Shown piece by piece: positions 19,415 to 29,225 of a stretch of DNA of 64,000 bases. The translations under genes were made by a program, and so were the position numbers. Source of the stretch: a virus; IMG/VR virus record IMGVR_UViG_3300021437_000001, positions 1 to 64,000 of that record. One strand, written 5' to 3'. Position 1 is the first letter of the stretch. Each line of letters begins with the position of its first letter. The notes beneath the pieces are model-generated. The model had not been told where the DNA came from and did no database searches. It worked only from the letters and a program-made list of their open reading frames with translations.

Positions 19415-20632
19415 ATGGCAAAACCAATTCCTACTTTAGATCAGACAGCCGCTATACAGGCGGAGATAGCAGGAAATACGGCGCAAAGTAATGCGTTAAC
19501 TTCTTCTATTCCTTTGCAAGATCCGATAATTGCACAAAAACAAAAAGTTGATGATGCCTTTAAATCATTGTTTAGTTACTACAACACAGACATAATTGGA
19601 AAATACGACGCTGAGCGCAAATCAATTGCGGGAGTTTACGTTTCTAATCCAGTTACCGAATCTGACATTCTAGCAGTAGGAGGCAATCCAGCTTCGGGCA
19701 GATTAGTGCCAACACCTCCTGCCACGGATATTATTAGAGTTGCGGAATTTGATGGGACAGCTTATACGGCCACGGTCAGCAATTACGAGCAAAAACATAT
19801 TACTGACCAAGCCAGCGTAGAAAGCACACTTGTGACTGGCTACGGAGCAGGAACTTATCCTGCAACTCTTTTGACAGACAGTTCCATCACTCCTACGAGT
19901 ACGACTTTAAAACTTAAAGATACCGCCGTAACAATTGCTTTAACTGCTGGAACCGTTTTTATAGTAGCCAGCGGCGGAGATTTAGCAGTTGTAAAAATTA
20001 CAACTATCACAGCTAACAATCCTCCAACCCCTCCACCGTATCAATCAGATTTGGTTATTGAATTGATCGTGCCTCCAATTGGTACTATTTCTTCAGGTCA
20101 AACCTTAGAGTCTTTTACTGGTTTTACTAATACTGAGCGAACTTCTAAAACTGCAATTGTGAAGCCCTCTTTACAGCCTTTAATGAATTATTTGGTAGCT
20201 CAATTACAAGCTAGAATAAATGACAGAATTAGTAGACTATTAGAACAGATTACCGCTCTTACGGCAAATCAAGATACGGATGGGGCTGTAAATATAAACG
20301 CAGCCAAGAATAATGCAAATACAAGTAAAACGTTTTTGACAAATTATTTAATAGGTACGGATATATCTGATACTGGTTTGGCTTCATTATCAACTGAAAG
20401 AGCGACTCGTTCAGGACAGTTGACAGCGAGACTAGCTCAGATTATTGCAGCTTATACAGGACAGACAGAGAACTATTATGAGCAACGGTATCAGACGGCA
20501 AACAATCGAGGAAACACTCAACGAGGAACTTTGAGAGCCGTAGAGAATGCCAAGCAGGTTAAAACCACACTACAAAATATGGCGACCGGATTAGCCTCTG
20601 CCAATACTGCGTTGAGTGGCATAATTCCGTAA
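19415..20632 (+). CDS. Virion structural protein of unknown function
   Basis: 405 aa, Thr/Ala-rich with coiled-coil ends; within the baseplate cluster. Confidence 0.55.
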   Translation: MAKPIPTLDQTAAIQAEIAGNTAQSNALTSSIPLQDPIIAQKQKVDDAFKSLFSYYNTDIIGKYDAERKSIAGVYVSNPVTESDILAVGGNPASGRLVPTPPATDIIRVAEFDGTAYTATVSNYEQKHITDQASVESTLVTGYGAGTYPATLLTDSSITPTSTTLKLKDTAVTIALTAGTVFIVASGGDLAVVKITTITANNPPTPPPYQSDLVIELIVPPIGTISSGQTLESFTGFTNTERTSKTAIVKPSLQPLMNYLVAQLQARINDRISRLLEQITALTANQDTDGAVNINAAKNNANTSKTFLTNYLIGTDISDTGLASLSTERATRSGQLTARLAQIIAAYTGQTENYYEQRYQTANNRGNTQRGTLRAVENAKQVKTTLQNMATGLASANTALSGIIP

Positions 20633-20637
20633 TTGTC

Positions 20638-20646
20638 TGCTATAAT
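20638..20646 (+). promoter_or_regulatory. Extended -10 promoter (TGCTATAAT)
   Basis: Perfect TGnTATAAT in an intergenic gap. Confidence 0.65.
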
Positions 20647-20677
20647 GAAACGAGAATAAAATAAATAAGGATAATGT

Positions 20678-22474
20678 ATGGCGTTTGAATTCCCAACGTC
20701 CGTTTCGGGCGCAGGTCCATTTAATCAAATAGTAGAGACTTTTAATAAGTCTCTAAATGCTATATTTGGGCTGACTGGTGACAAAAAGTCTGCTGGAAAA
20801 CTGCAAACTATTTCAGATCTTATGAAGTCAGATGGTGTTGGGCATCAACACTTTGTATCAGAGAATTGGACTGGTAATACAGATCGAAAAAGCAATAAAT
20901 TGCGTTATGGATTCACCACTGTTAATGTCAGTAATATTTCAAAAGGTTTAAATTTTAGTAGTGATAATAAGGGGCAACCAGACACTTATTATTTAGACAT
21001 TCCTCCACAAGCCATATCTCAGAAAGAGTTATTTGCAACTAATATTACGGCCTCTCGTAGAGGTGTAGTAGTTGAGTCCGAAGGTGTTATATTCAAGGAT
21101 CTAGTGATTGCAGGCACAACAGGCGTGTATCCAGGACCTCGTGAAGGTTTTGGAGGAAATCAAGCAAATTTTTCAAATCCTTTAAGCGCCCCAACAAAAG
21201 CTGGAGGTGTCCAAGCAAATGGCACGTCAAAAGCTTCCACTGTGGTTTCTGGATATGCAGAATTTCTAGGATTAAGAGCTTATTTTTTAAAATATGCCAA
21301 CGATAAAGTAAAAAAACGAGGAAATCATTTTTTAGTTTTTATTAACGAAAAAGATCAACAAGCTTTGGTCGTAGAGCCTTTAGAGTTTACAATGGAACGT
21401 AATTCTAAAAATCCAATGCAATATCAATATAGAATTGTTTTGAAATGTATAACTACAATTGATGCTTTATTTGCGGCAGATCAAGAAGCAAATCGAGACC
21501 CTGGAATTATTTTAAATGATATTGTAAATATTTCACGAAATGCTGTAGCAGCTATTCAGCAGTTTCGAGCGGCTGTAGGTGCTACCAACCGTCTGGTTCA
21601 ATCTATATCTCAAGAAATAGACAAGACATTTATACAACCCCTTCGTCTTTTAGGCACCGCTCTGAATGACGTAGCAGATGCTAGATCAAATATATTAGCC
21701 GTACCAACAGCATTACAGAGAAATTTGAACGAGGCACTTTTAACAATACAAGAATCAAGATTTGAAAAAAGTAGATCGGAAATGAGTAGGGAGATTAAAA
21801 TAAACACACAAAACCCCTCTCGGCCACAAACTCCCGCAGACGTTAAATCTGGGAAAATTTCAGAAAGAGGTTCTACTGACGCCTACACTTCAAAGAAACT
21901 TTTAGATAAAAGTCAAGCAGAGAACTTTGTAAACTCGGCTGTGCAAACATTAGAACAATCGTCAGTTAACCCATTGTCCAAAAGCTTTGTTCAGGATTTA
22001 AGAGATAAAGCGCAAGCGTTGGCCAATGATATAGCAGACACAGTTAATCTAGGTAATGCTGATTTTAATACAATACAGAATAGGTCTCCATCATTCATAC
22101 CTAATCCTTTGCGCTCTGCCACCTCAAATGAGTTTTTATTGCTAGGACAGACTTTAAAAGTAGTTGCGGTTTTGAATCAAGTATTAGCAACAAATAATTT
22201 ATTTTTAATTAACGTTCAAGCGACTTTTGATAATGATCAAAGTTTATTGCAAAATATAGCAACATTACAAGCGCCTACAACAGTTAGAGAAATAGTAATA
22301 GGTCAGAATGATACACTGGAACGTATTGCTTTACGAGAGTACGGAAATGTAGCCCGCTGGGTAGATTTGGCAGTTTTAAATAATCTAAAATATCCTTATA
22401 TCGCAGATAACCCTTCTGATCCTAGAATTTCTGGTGTAAAAGTGTACGGCGAAAAACTTTTAATAGGTAATTAA
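20678..22474 (+). CDS. Baseplate/tube-initiator protein with C-terminal LysM-like domain
   Basis: C-terminal 'NDTLERIALREYGNVARWVDLAVLNNL..P...G..LLI'. Confidence 0.75.
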   Translation: MAFEFPTSVSGAGPFNQIVETFNKSLNAIFGLTGDKKSAGKLQTISDLMKSDGVGHQHFVSENWTGNTDRKSNKLRYGFTTVNVSNISKGLNFSSDNKGQPDTYYLDIPPQAISQKELFATNITASRRGVVVESEGVIFKDLVIAGTTGVYPGPREGFGGNQANFSNPLSAPTKAGGVQANGTSKASTVVSGYAEFLGLRAYFLKYANDKVKKRGNHFLVFINEKDQQALVVEPLEFTMERNSKNPMQYQYRIVLKCITTIDALFAADQEANRDPGIILNDIVNISRNAVAAIQQFRAAVGATNRLVQSISQEIDKTFIQPLRLLGTALNDVADARSNILAVPTALQRNLNEALLTIQESRFEKSRSEMSREIKINTQNPSRPQTPADVKSGKISERGSTDAYTSKKLLDKSQAENFVNSAVQTLEQSSVNPLSKSFVQDLRDKAQALANDIADTVNLGNADFNTIQNRSPSFIPNPLRSATSNEFLLLGQTLKVVAVLNQVLATNNLFLINVQATFDNDQSLLQNIATLQAPTTVREIVIGQNDTLERIALREYGNVARWVDLAVLNNLKYPYIADNPSDPRISGVKVYGEKLLIGN

Positions 22475-22476
22475 AA

Positions 22477-22896
22477 ATGTCAGTTATTAAGAATAAACAA
22501 TACAATATAACTAAAGGTCTATCTCAAACAGAGAAAGATATGGGTGTTGATTTAGAATTGAATGCTGATGGTGATATAAAAATGAGCAATCTTAAAGACT
22601 TTAAATTAGTTGCTGGTGTAAATAATGCGGCCCAGGCTTTAAGATTAAAATTGGAAGTAGAAAAAGGCAGTCTCCCTTATCATCCAGGCATAGGTACAGA
22701 TCTTCAAATTGGCGAGAAGACTAAAAACGCTTTTGCACTTAAACTTTCGATATTGAATTCGATTCTACAAGACCCTAGATTTGTCAATGCACGAGTCAAC
22801 GTGACAGTCAATGGAAGTTTTTATTTACTTGACATTTTTGTCACTTTAAAGAATACTGATCAAGAAGTACCATTGCAATTGGCATTAGTGGAGTAA
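22477..22896 (+). CDS. Baseplate wedge protein (gp25/GPW-like)
   Basis: 'QAL.L.L..EKG.LPYHP..G' and 'QDPRF'. Confidence 0.85.
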   Translation: MSVIKNKQYNITKGLSQTEKDMGVDLELNADGDIKMSNLKDFKLVAGVNNAAQALRLKLEVEKGSLPYHPGIGTDLQIGEKTKNAFALKLSILNSILQDPRFVNARVNVTVNGSFYLLDIFVTLKNTDQEVPLQLALVE

Positions 22897-22897
22897 T

Positions 22898-25800
22898 ATG
22901 GCGTTTTCACCAAAAAGTTTCAATGAAATTGTAGCGAATATGGCCGCAAAAATAGCGGCAGAAACTCCCATAAACGACTTTAATCCAGGGTCAGTCATAC
23001 TGACTTTGATTGAAGCGGCAGCGCAAGAAGATTTTCAGCAGTTCGTTGCCATGTTAGAAATTATCCTAGCATACAATCTCGACACCACTTCCGGCACAGA
23101 TCTTGATAAAAGAGCCAAAGAATTTGGACTGACTCGTTTAGATGCTCAACCTCACAGCGGATATATATCTGTAATTGATACTCGTTTTAATAAAATTGTT
23201 ACTAAACTTTACGCAGGACTAGCAGGTCCTACAGCCAATTCAAATGTAATTCATGTGGATGATGCTTCTTTATTTCCTGCCACTGGTTCTATCTATGTTG
23301 GTAGAAGTACACAAAATGCCGAAAGCGTCATAGCTTATTCTGCTGCTCCTGTGAACAACGGTTCATATTGGACTATTACATTAGACACAAATTTGACAAA
23401 AGATCACGGAACGGACGAGACCATCATTCTTGCTCAATATGGAGACAGGTCCGTAACAGCCGGAACAGAAGTTAGAATTCCGCCTAATGATTTTTCTGCG
23501 GCTGTACTGTTTGAATTAAATCAAGCAGTCACTCTACTCGATGGCGAAAATAGAATTGACAACGTTCTTGTAACGGCTTTGAATGCTGGCGGTTTTGCAG
23601 TTCCTTCTGATTCTATTATTGAATTCGTAAATGCTCCATTTGATAGTGCGGTTGTAACCAATCCGCTTCCATTTGTAAATGGTCGAGACATAGAGAATGA
23701 TCAAGATCTTAGAGACAGAATTAGAGACACCATTCAATCTCTGTCCAGAGGTACTAAAGACTCCGTTCGAACACGCATCACTGGTTTAGTTGATCCAAAT
23801 TCAAATAGTCGTATCGTATCTGCAAACATTATTCCGCCAGTTATATTAGCGGATGGTCCTACTAAAGTCTATATAGATAATGGTCGAGGTCTAGAACCTG
23901 AATTAGCGACTACAGGCTTGGAAACACTTATTGCGAAAGCAAATGGTGGTGAGAGCTTTTTTCAATTACAAAACTTTCCAGTTGTTAAAGCCAATCTTAT
24001 TTCTCAATTTTCACAGCCATTTAACTTAGTTGGTGGCGAAACTCTTATTGTCACTGTTGGTGATAATGAAGAAACTTTTACTTTTGCTGCTTCTGATTTC
24101 AAAGCTTTAGGAAAAGCTACTGCGGTAGAAGTTTCCCAAGCAATCAATAAGCGTGCAAATTTAATAGAAGCTCGAACGATCACAGACTCTTCAACTGGTT
24201 CTCGTAAACTATTCATAACGCCAATTGCAAGAACTAATGAAGAACTAGCAGTATCTTCTGCTTCGACTTCTCAAGCGGCTTTTAACTTTAATACTAAAAA
24301 GGTCTTCACTTCCAAACTTTACAAGAACGACGTTTTGCTGAGTAAAGATGGCACAACCGCTTCAGTTTTAAGTGATGCCCAACCTTTTGATTTATCCACT
24401 CAAAGTGTAACGACTACAGATGGCGATTTTACATTAGCTTCTGGTTCTCGTATTTTAACTAAGAGTGCTGTAGGCACTGGCGTAAATTCTGTGATTGAAC
24501 AGGTACAGCCAGGCGATTATATTAAATTAGCAAACGATCCTGATACTTTTTATACCAAAGTTCAAACAATCGTTAGTGCTCAAAAATTGCTGTTACATAC
24601 AGCGTACCCAATTGGCGGCTCAGGCTCAGGAAATATAGTTATTTGGAATTCTCCACAATTAGAAATTGCTTCTAATGGAGAAGATAAAGATACTGAACTT
24701 GTTAGCTTTGGCCCTAATGATTTTTCTAATCCAGCACAAGCTTTAGCTTCTGAGATTTTAGCTCGTTTGAAATCAGAAGTTCATCAATCAAAATCAGAAT
24801 TGGCCGTTAATTCAACTCGAGTTAAACTTATTTCTCAAATTGAAAATAGTTCTGGTTCTAGTATGCGCATTATTGGCGGAGGCGCAGCTATAGATTTAGG
24901 TTTTAATACGTCAGCGCCGATCACAGGAACTATAACTGTTAATGGTGGTTCTGCTATTGTCACTGGTTCTGGAACTCAATTTACAAATGATCTTGTCGAA
25001 GGACAGTGGATCAAAGTATCTGCGCACGGTAAAGGTTCTTGGACTCAAGTAGAGACCATAGAAAGCAACACCGTTTTATATTTAAAACAAGGTTATCGTG
25101 GTCCTAATGCAACTGGAGTTGCTGCGAGCAAGATAAATTTAGGAAGTTTTGTTCAAGGCTCAAATCAAGATTACGTTTTAAATCGTTCCAATGGTCAAAT
25201 TGAATTATTGTCGCCTTTGGTGGCCGGAGATTCATTGACTATAGGTTCAGTTAATACTAGAGCTTTTGTTGATTCCTTGCCAGAGACTTTCAACTTCAAT
25301 ACCCTCGGCTCTTCGTCTACATTGATTGTAAGAATTGATGGTGGATTTGTAGGTTCAGTATCTACTGGAGATTCAATTGCTCCTTACAATTTGATGCTGT
25401 CTGAAAATTTAAAAAACTACCCTGCAAACTTTTTTGTTGGATTTCATATTGAATTTACTAGCGGAAATAACATAGGACAGACTGATCTAATCAGCTCTTA
25501 TAGCCCTGTCACTGGACAAGTCACGTTAGTGAATGGTCTATCCAATCCAATCCTTGTAAGTGATAAGTTTGTACTTTCACAAGTTATCAACTTTAATCAC
25601 GCCTTGAATTTTGCTGATCCTACTAATGTATTTGCTTCTGAAGTTGTTGCCGCAATCAATTCACAAATTTTAGGTGGTACTTCTAGTATTAAATCTGTCA
25701 ACAATTCTATAAGAATGCAAACGACAAATTTTAATACCGATGGCTCTATTAAAGTAATTGGTGGCAGCGCAAATGGCGTATTAAACTTTAGTAAAGTATT

Positions 25801-27265
25801 ACAAACAAATCAAGAAACCAACTTAGCGTATTCATTATCAAAAAATTCTGATAGATCTGGTTTGTTAAATGCTTTAGGATTTACTTTAGGACCAAATCAA
25901 TCACTGGTAGTGATTATTGATGGCGACGTAGTAAATAAGACTTTCGTTGTTCCAATGTCAATATCCGGAACTGTTGGCACAGGCGGCTCTGGTTCATTCT
26001 TAACTAGCGATTTTATAACTAAGTATCCTACTAGTAATTACTTTAATGAGTTTTTGTTATTTTGGACTTCCGGTTTGCTCGAAGGAATGATACAAGAAGT
26101 AACTGCGTACAATGCTGTAACAGGACACTTCTCAGTTTCTTCAGTATTTCCTTCAATTGTAGGAGCTTCTTCCACTGGAGATACATTTGTATTAGTTCCA
26201 AGAACCGCAGAGAATGTAGCAAAACATCTAGCAGATCTAAATATTTCGACTATCTCTACAGCTATTAAAGCCGAAGTTACTGGCATTTCTGGAGACTATG
26301 TTCAGTTGGTTACTACAACTCCAGGTTCATCTGGTAAAGTTTTTGTGTCTGGCGGAACGGCTAATGGATTAGAGATTGCAATTCAAAGTATCGTTGCTGG
26401 GTCACCAGTAAATGACGTGACGACTAATTCAATTGCAGGATTAGCAAAAGGACTTCCAGTAAATCTGAGAGCGGGTGGAACGGTAACGGTTGGAGATAAT
26501 TCCGCAGCTTACGATACTTTCACTTCTGCGGCCTTCATTACATCTTTACCATCTTATTTTAATGGTTTAGAACTAGAATTTACTTCTGGTTTGAATGTCG
26601 GACACAAGTCTGTAATTGCATCTTACAATAATACTACTGGCGGTTTTGTACTAACAACTGCCGCAGCAAACCCTATTGCTGCCACTGATTCTTTTGTCAT
26701 TAATCGTTTAGCTTTTGTAGTTGGCATTTCTGGCTCTTCAGCACCTTACACTGTAAGTTTGAATGATTCGACAAATTCTGTTATAGACGTGTCTGGTTAT
26801 ACATCTGAAAGATTAGGAACAATTAAAGATTACAATGGTCTTAATTTTGCAAGTCTTCAGGTAGAAGGAACTGATGGTTATAAAAACTATACAGGACTCA
26901 TTCAACTTGCTCAGTGGACTATTGATGGTTTAGATAGAGACCCTTCTAACTACCCAGGTATCGGAGCCGCTGGAACTCAATTTGAAGTTATTCCTCCAGT
27001 GCTTATAAATGTTAGTTTGACTTTAAATGTGACTACCGATTCGGGTGTTAGTTTAGCCTCTATACTGAATGATGTTCAAAGTGCTGTACTTGGATATGTA
27101 AACTCTCGTAAAGTCGGACAAGAAGTAGTGCTTTCAGAAGTAATCGCAGCAGCGCAATCTGTAGCGGGAGTTTTTGATGTCACTATCAGCAATCAAACTT
27201 CTAACATTATCGTAGCTGATGGCGAGCTTGCTCGTTTGGCAGATGCAGATTTGGTGATCGGCTAA
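22898..27265 (+). CDS. Baseplate J-like wedge protein with ~1000-aa repeat insertion
   Basis: N-terminal 'DFNPGSV..TL.EA', 'G.DLD...EFGLTR' and 'G.D.E.D..LR.RI'; C-terminal 'GQEVVLSEVI......GVFDV'. Confidence 0.85.
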   Translation: MAFSPKSFNEIVANMAAKIAAETPINDFNPGSVILTLIEAAAQEDFQQFVAMLEIILAYNLDTTSGTDLDKRAKEFGLTRLDAQPHSGYISVIDTRFNKIVTKLYAGLAGPTANSNVIHVDDASLFPATGSIYVGRSTQNAESVIAYSAAPVNNGSYWTITLDTNLTKDHGTDETIILAQYGDRSVTAGTEVRIPPNDFSAAVLFELNQAVTLLDGENRIDNVLVTALNAGGFAVPSDSIIEFVNAPFDSAVVTNPLPFVNGRDIENDQDLRDRIRDTIQSLSRGTKDSVRTRITGLVDPNSNSRIVSANIIPPVILADGPTKVYIDNGRGLEPELATTGLETLIAKANGGESFFQLQNFPVVKANLISQFSQPFNLVGGETLIVTVGDNEETFTFAASDFKALGKATAVEVSQAINKRANLIEARTITDSSTGSRKLFITPIARTNEELAVSSASTSQAAFNFNTKKVFTSKLYKNDVLLSKDGTTASVLSDAQPFDLSTQSVTTTDGDFTLASGSRILTKSAVGTGVNSVIEQVQPGDYIKLANDPDTFYTKVQTIVSAQKLLLHTAYPIGGSGSGNIVIWNSPQLEIASNGEDKDTELVSFGPNDFSNPAQALASEILARLKSEVHQSKSELAVNSTRVKLISQIENSSGSSMRIIGGGAAIDLGFNTSAPITGTITVNGGSAIVTGSGTQFTNDLVEGQWIKVSAHGKGSWTQVETIESNTVLYLKQGYRGPNATGVAASKINLGSFVQGSNQDYVLNRSNGQIELLSPLVAGDSLTIGSVNTRAFVDSLPETFNFNTLGSSSTLIVRIDGGFVGSVSTGDSIAPYNLMLSENLKNYPANFFVGFHIEFTSGNNIGQTDLISSYSPVTGQVTLVNGLSNPILVSDKFVLSQVINFNHALNFADPTNVFASEVVAAINSQILGGTSSIKSVNNSIRMQTTNFNTDGSIKVIGGSANGVLNFSKVLQTNQETNLAYSLSKNSDRSGLLNALGFTLGPNQSLVVIIDGDVVNKTFVVPMSISGTVGTGGSGSFLTSDFITKYPTSNYFNEFLLFWTSGLLEGMIQEVTAYNAVTGHFSVSSVFPSIVGASSTGDTFVLVPRTAENVAKHLADLNISTISTAIKAEVTGISGDYVQLVTTTPGSSGKVFVSGGTANGLEIAIQSIVAGSPVNDVTTNSIAGLAKGLPVNLRAGGTVTVGDNSAAYDTFTSAAFITSLPSYFNGLELEFTSGLNVGHKSVIASYNNTTGGFVLTTAAANPIAATDSFVINRLAFVVGISGSSAPYTVSLNDSTNSVIDVSGYTSERLGTIKDYNGLNFASLQVEGTDGYKNYTGLIQLAQWTIDGLDRDPSNYPGIGAAGTQFEVIPPVLINVSLTLNVTTDSGVSLASILNDVQSAVLGYVNSRKVGQEVVLSEVIAAAQSVAGVFDVTISNQTSNIIVADGELARLADADLVIG

Positions 27266-29160
27266 TGGCGAATGATAAATTTAAACGTTTAGTTAGATCT
27301 ATGCCTGGACTATATCGTCCAGAAGTCAATACCATGATTGGTGGACTTTTGAAAGCATGGGGTTTATCTGATGACGACATCGTAGTACAACTTAAAGAAA
27401 CTAAGAAGCAACTGTTTGAAACAGACGCTTCTGATAGGTATTTAGATTATCTGGCTAACAATGTTGGCGTATCTCGATCTGCTCAATTAGGAATTGAGGA
27501 CAATGATTTTAGAAATTTGATCCCAGTCCTATCTTACTATCCTAAACAAGTGCGTCAAACTGTAATTGCGCTTCTCGACGTATTTTGGGGAGCTGGTTTC
27601 ACTCGTGCAAATATTAACAGTGGAAACATAGAGCCTTACGATTTCTCTCCTGAAAGTGCACTCACTGGCCAAGTGACTTTTGAAAAAGGCAATGTTATTG
27701 TACGAGGCGTAGGAACTCAATTCTTAACCGAAGTTCATCCTGGTGAATACATTAAAGCGGCTTCTGCCTCTGGAAAACTATATGCAAAAGTATCCGCAGT
27801 TGTAAGTAATACACAGCTACTTTTATCAGCAGTACCTTCAGCACTGACCACGCAAGTAAACATTACGGCTGTCAAAGCTCCAGTTCTAGAATTAGAATAT
27901 TCCATTGATAATGGAAGTGATCAACGTAAGATACGTTTTAAACCTAATGCATTTGCTAATTTGCATTTAGTCACAGCCAGCGAAATAGTGGCTGCAATCA
28001 ACGCAGATCCAGAACACAATAAAAATTTAACTGCTTCAGTATTTATTGACCCTCTTGCAGGAAATAAACTGAACTTGAGAACTAATACCCCTGGACTTCA
28101 AGGTTCGATTGAGATTATGGGTGGTTCTGCAAACGTTCCCACTAAGTTAAATTTTGCATTGACAAAACAAACAGAAACTAAGTGTGCCGTATATGAAGTC
28201 AATCCAAATGAGGTTGTCATCCGAATACCGTCATCTGTCCCTGTTTTACGAAGAAAGCTTGCAGGCTCAGCACATCCTAAGCAAACTAAAACTGAATTGT
28301 TTTCTACTAAAGATAGTTTTAATTTCGCTTCTTTGGGATCTTCATCCACCTTGACTTTGACAGTGGATTCTGTAAGTCATGTTGTAAATTTTAATCATTC
28401 TGCTAATTTTGTAAACGCTGCGGCTGCTACTGCGGCGGAAGTAGTTTCTGTAATCAATAAGCAGCTAGCTTTTTTAGAAGCATTCGACGATGGTATAACT
28501 GGCAGAAATATTGTAGGACTTCGTACAACCGATGGTTCAATGGAGTATCAAATAACTGGCGGCACAGCCAACACGATACTTCAATTTCCAACCACGTTAC
28601 AACAAGATCCAGATTTGATTGTGGCCAATTATCCTTCAGCGTACATGTTCGACCCTACAGGTCAACTCTTTACTGTAACTGGCAAAGTTGCCAACACAAC
28701 GGCGCAAATCGCACAAGGGGTTATAAGCCCTACTCTTTCTGTTGACAATGCTTCGGCATTTGCAAATCAACCTGGATTGTTATTATTGAATTTTGGACGC
28801 AATGATCAAGAAGGTCCGATAAGCTATAATAGCCGACCAAATAACTCAACCTTATTATTAGATGCCAGCTATATATTTCAAAAACAGCACCTAGTAGGAA
28901 CTAAGGTAAATTATGTAGCAAACACGCCGACTATACCTCGAATTACAGGGGAAGATTATGCTGTGTATGTTACTGGAACTCAGGAGGCTAGGACAGCCGC
29001 TCAAGATTTAATAAAGAAGCTTCTGGCAGCCGGAGTTGTCGTTCGCTTTGTAATCGAGTTTCCTGAAGTTCTTTTTGAATGTTCGTGCCAAACTTGCGGA
29101 ACCAGCGATAGCCCTGACCAAGTGGGTTCTCGTAGCGGGTTGCCGCCATTGACGTTTTAG
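27265..29160 (+). CDS. Baseplate wedge protein (gpI/gp7-like), elongated
   Basis: 'A...YLD.LA.N.GV.R......D.DFR' N-terminus and 'LLAAGVVVRF' C-terminus; shares repeats with the J-like protein. Confidence 0.7.
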   Translation: MANDKFKRLVRSMPGLYRPEVNTMIGGLLKAWGLSDDDIVVQLKETKKQLFETDASDRYLDYLANNVGVSRSAQLGIEDNDFRNLIPVLSYYPKQVRQTVIALLDVFWGAGFTRANINSGNIEPYDFSPESALTGQVTFEKGNVIVRGVGTQFLTEVHPGEYIKAASASGKLYAKVSAVVSNTQLLLSAVPSALTTQVNITAVKAPVLELEYSIDNGSDQRKIRFKPNAFANLHLVTASEIVAAINADPEHNKNLTASVFIDPLAGNKLNLRTNTPGLQGSIEIMGGSANVPTKLNFALTKQTETKCAVYEVNPNEVVIRIPSSVPVLRRKLAGSAHPKQTKTELFSTKDSFNFASLGSSSTLTLTVDSVSHVVNFNHSANFVNAAAATAAEVVSVINKQLAFLEAFDDGITGRNIVGLRTTDGSMEYQITGGTANTILQFPTTLQQDPDLIVANYPSAYMFDPTGQLFTVTGKVANTTAQIAQGVISPTLSVDNASAFANQPGLLLLNFGRNDQEGPISYNSRPNNSTLLLDASYIFQKQHLVGTKVNYVANTPTIPRITGEDYAVYVTGTQEARTAAQDLIKKLLAAGVVVRFVIEFPEVLFECSCQTCGTSDSPDQVGSRSGLPPLTF

Positions 29161-29180
29161 GGTAAACTGACACTTGGGCG

Positions 29181-29189
29181 TGATAGAAT
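29181..29189 (+). promoter_or_regulatory. Extended -10 promoter (TGATAGAAT)
   Basis: Intergenic TGnTAnnnT. Confidence 0.5.
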
Positions 29190-29225
29190 TGTCATATATA
29201 ATAAAAGACAACACAAGGAATTAGA

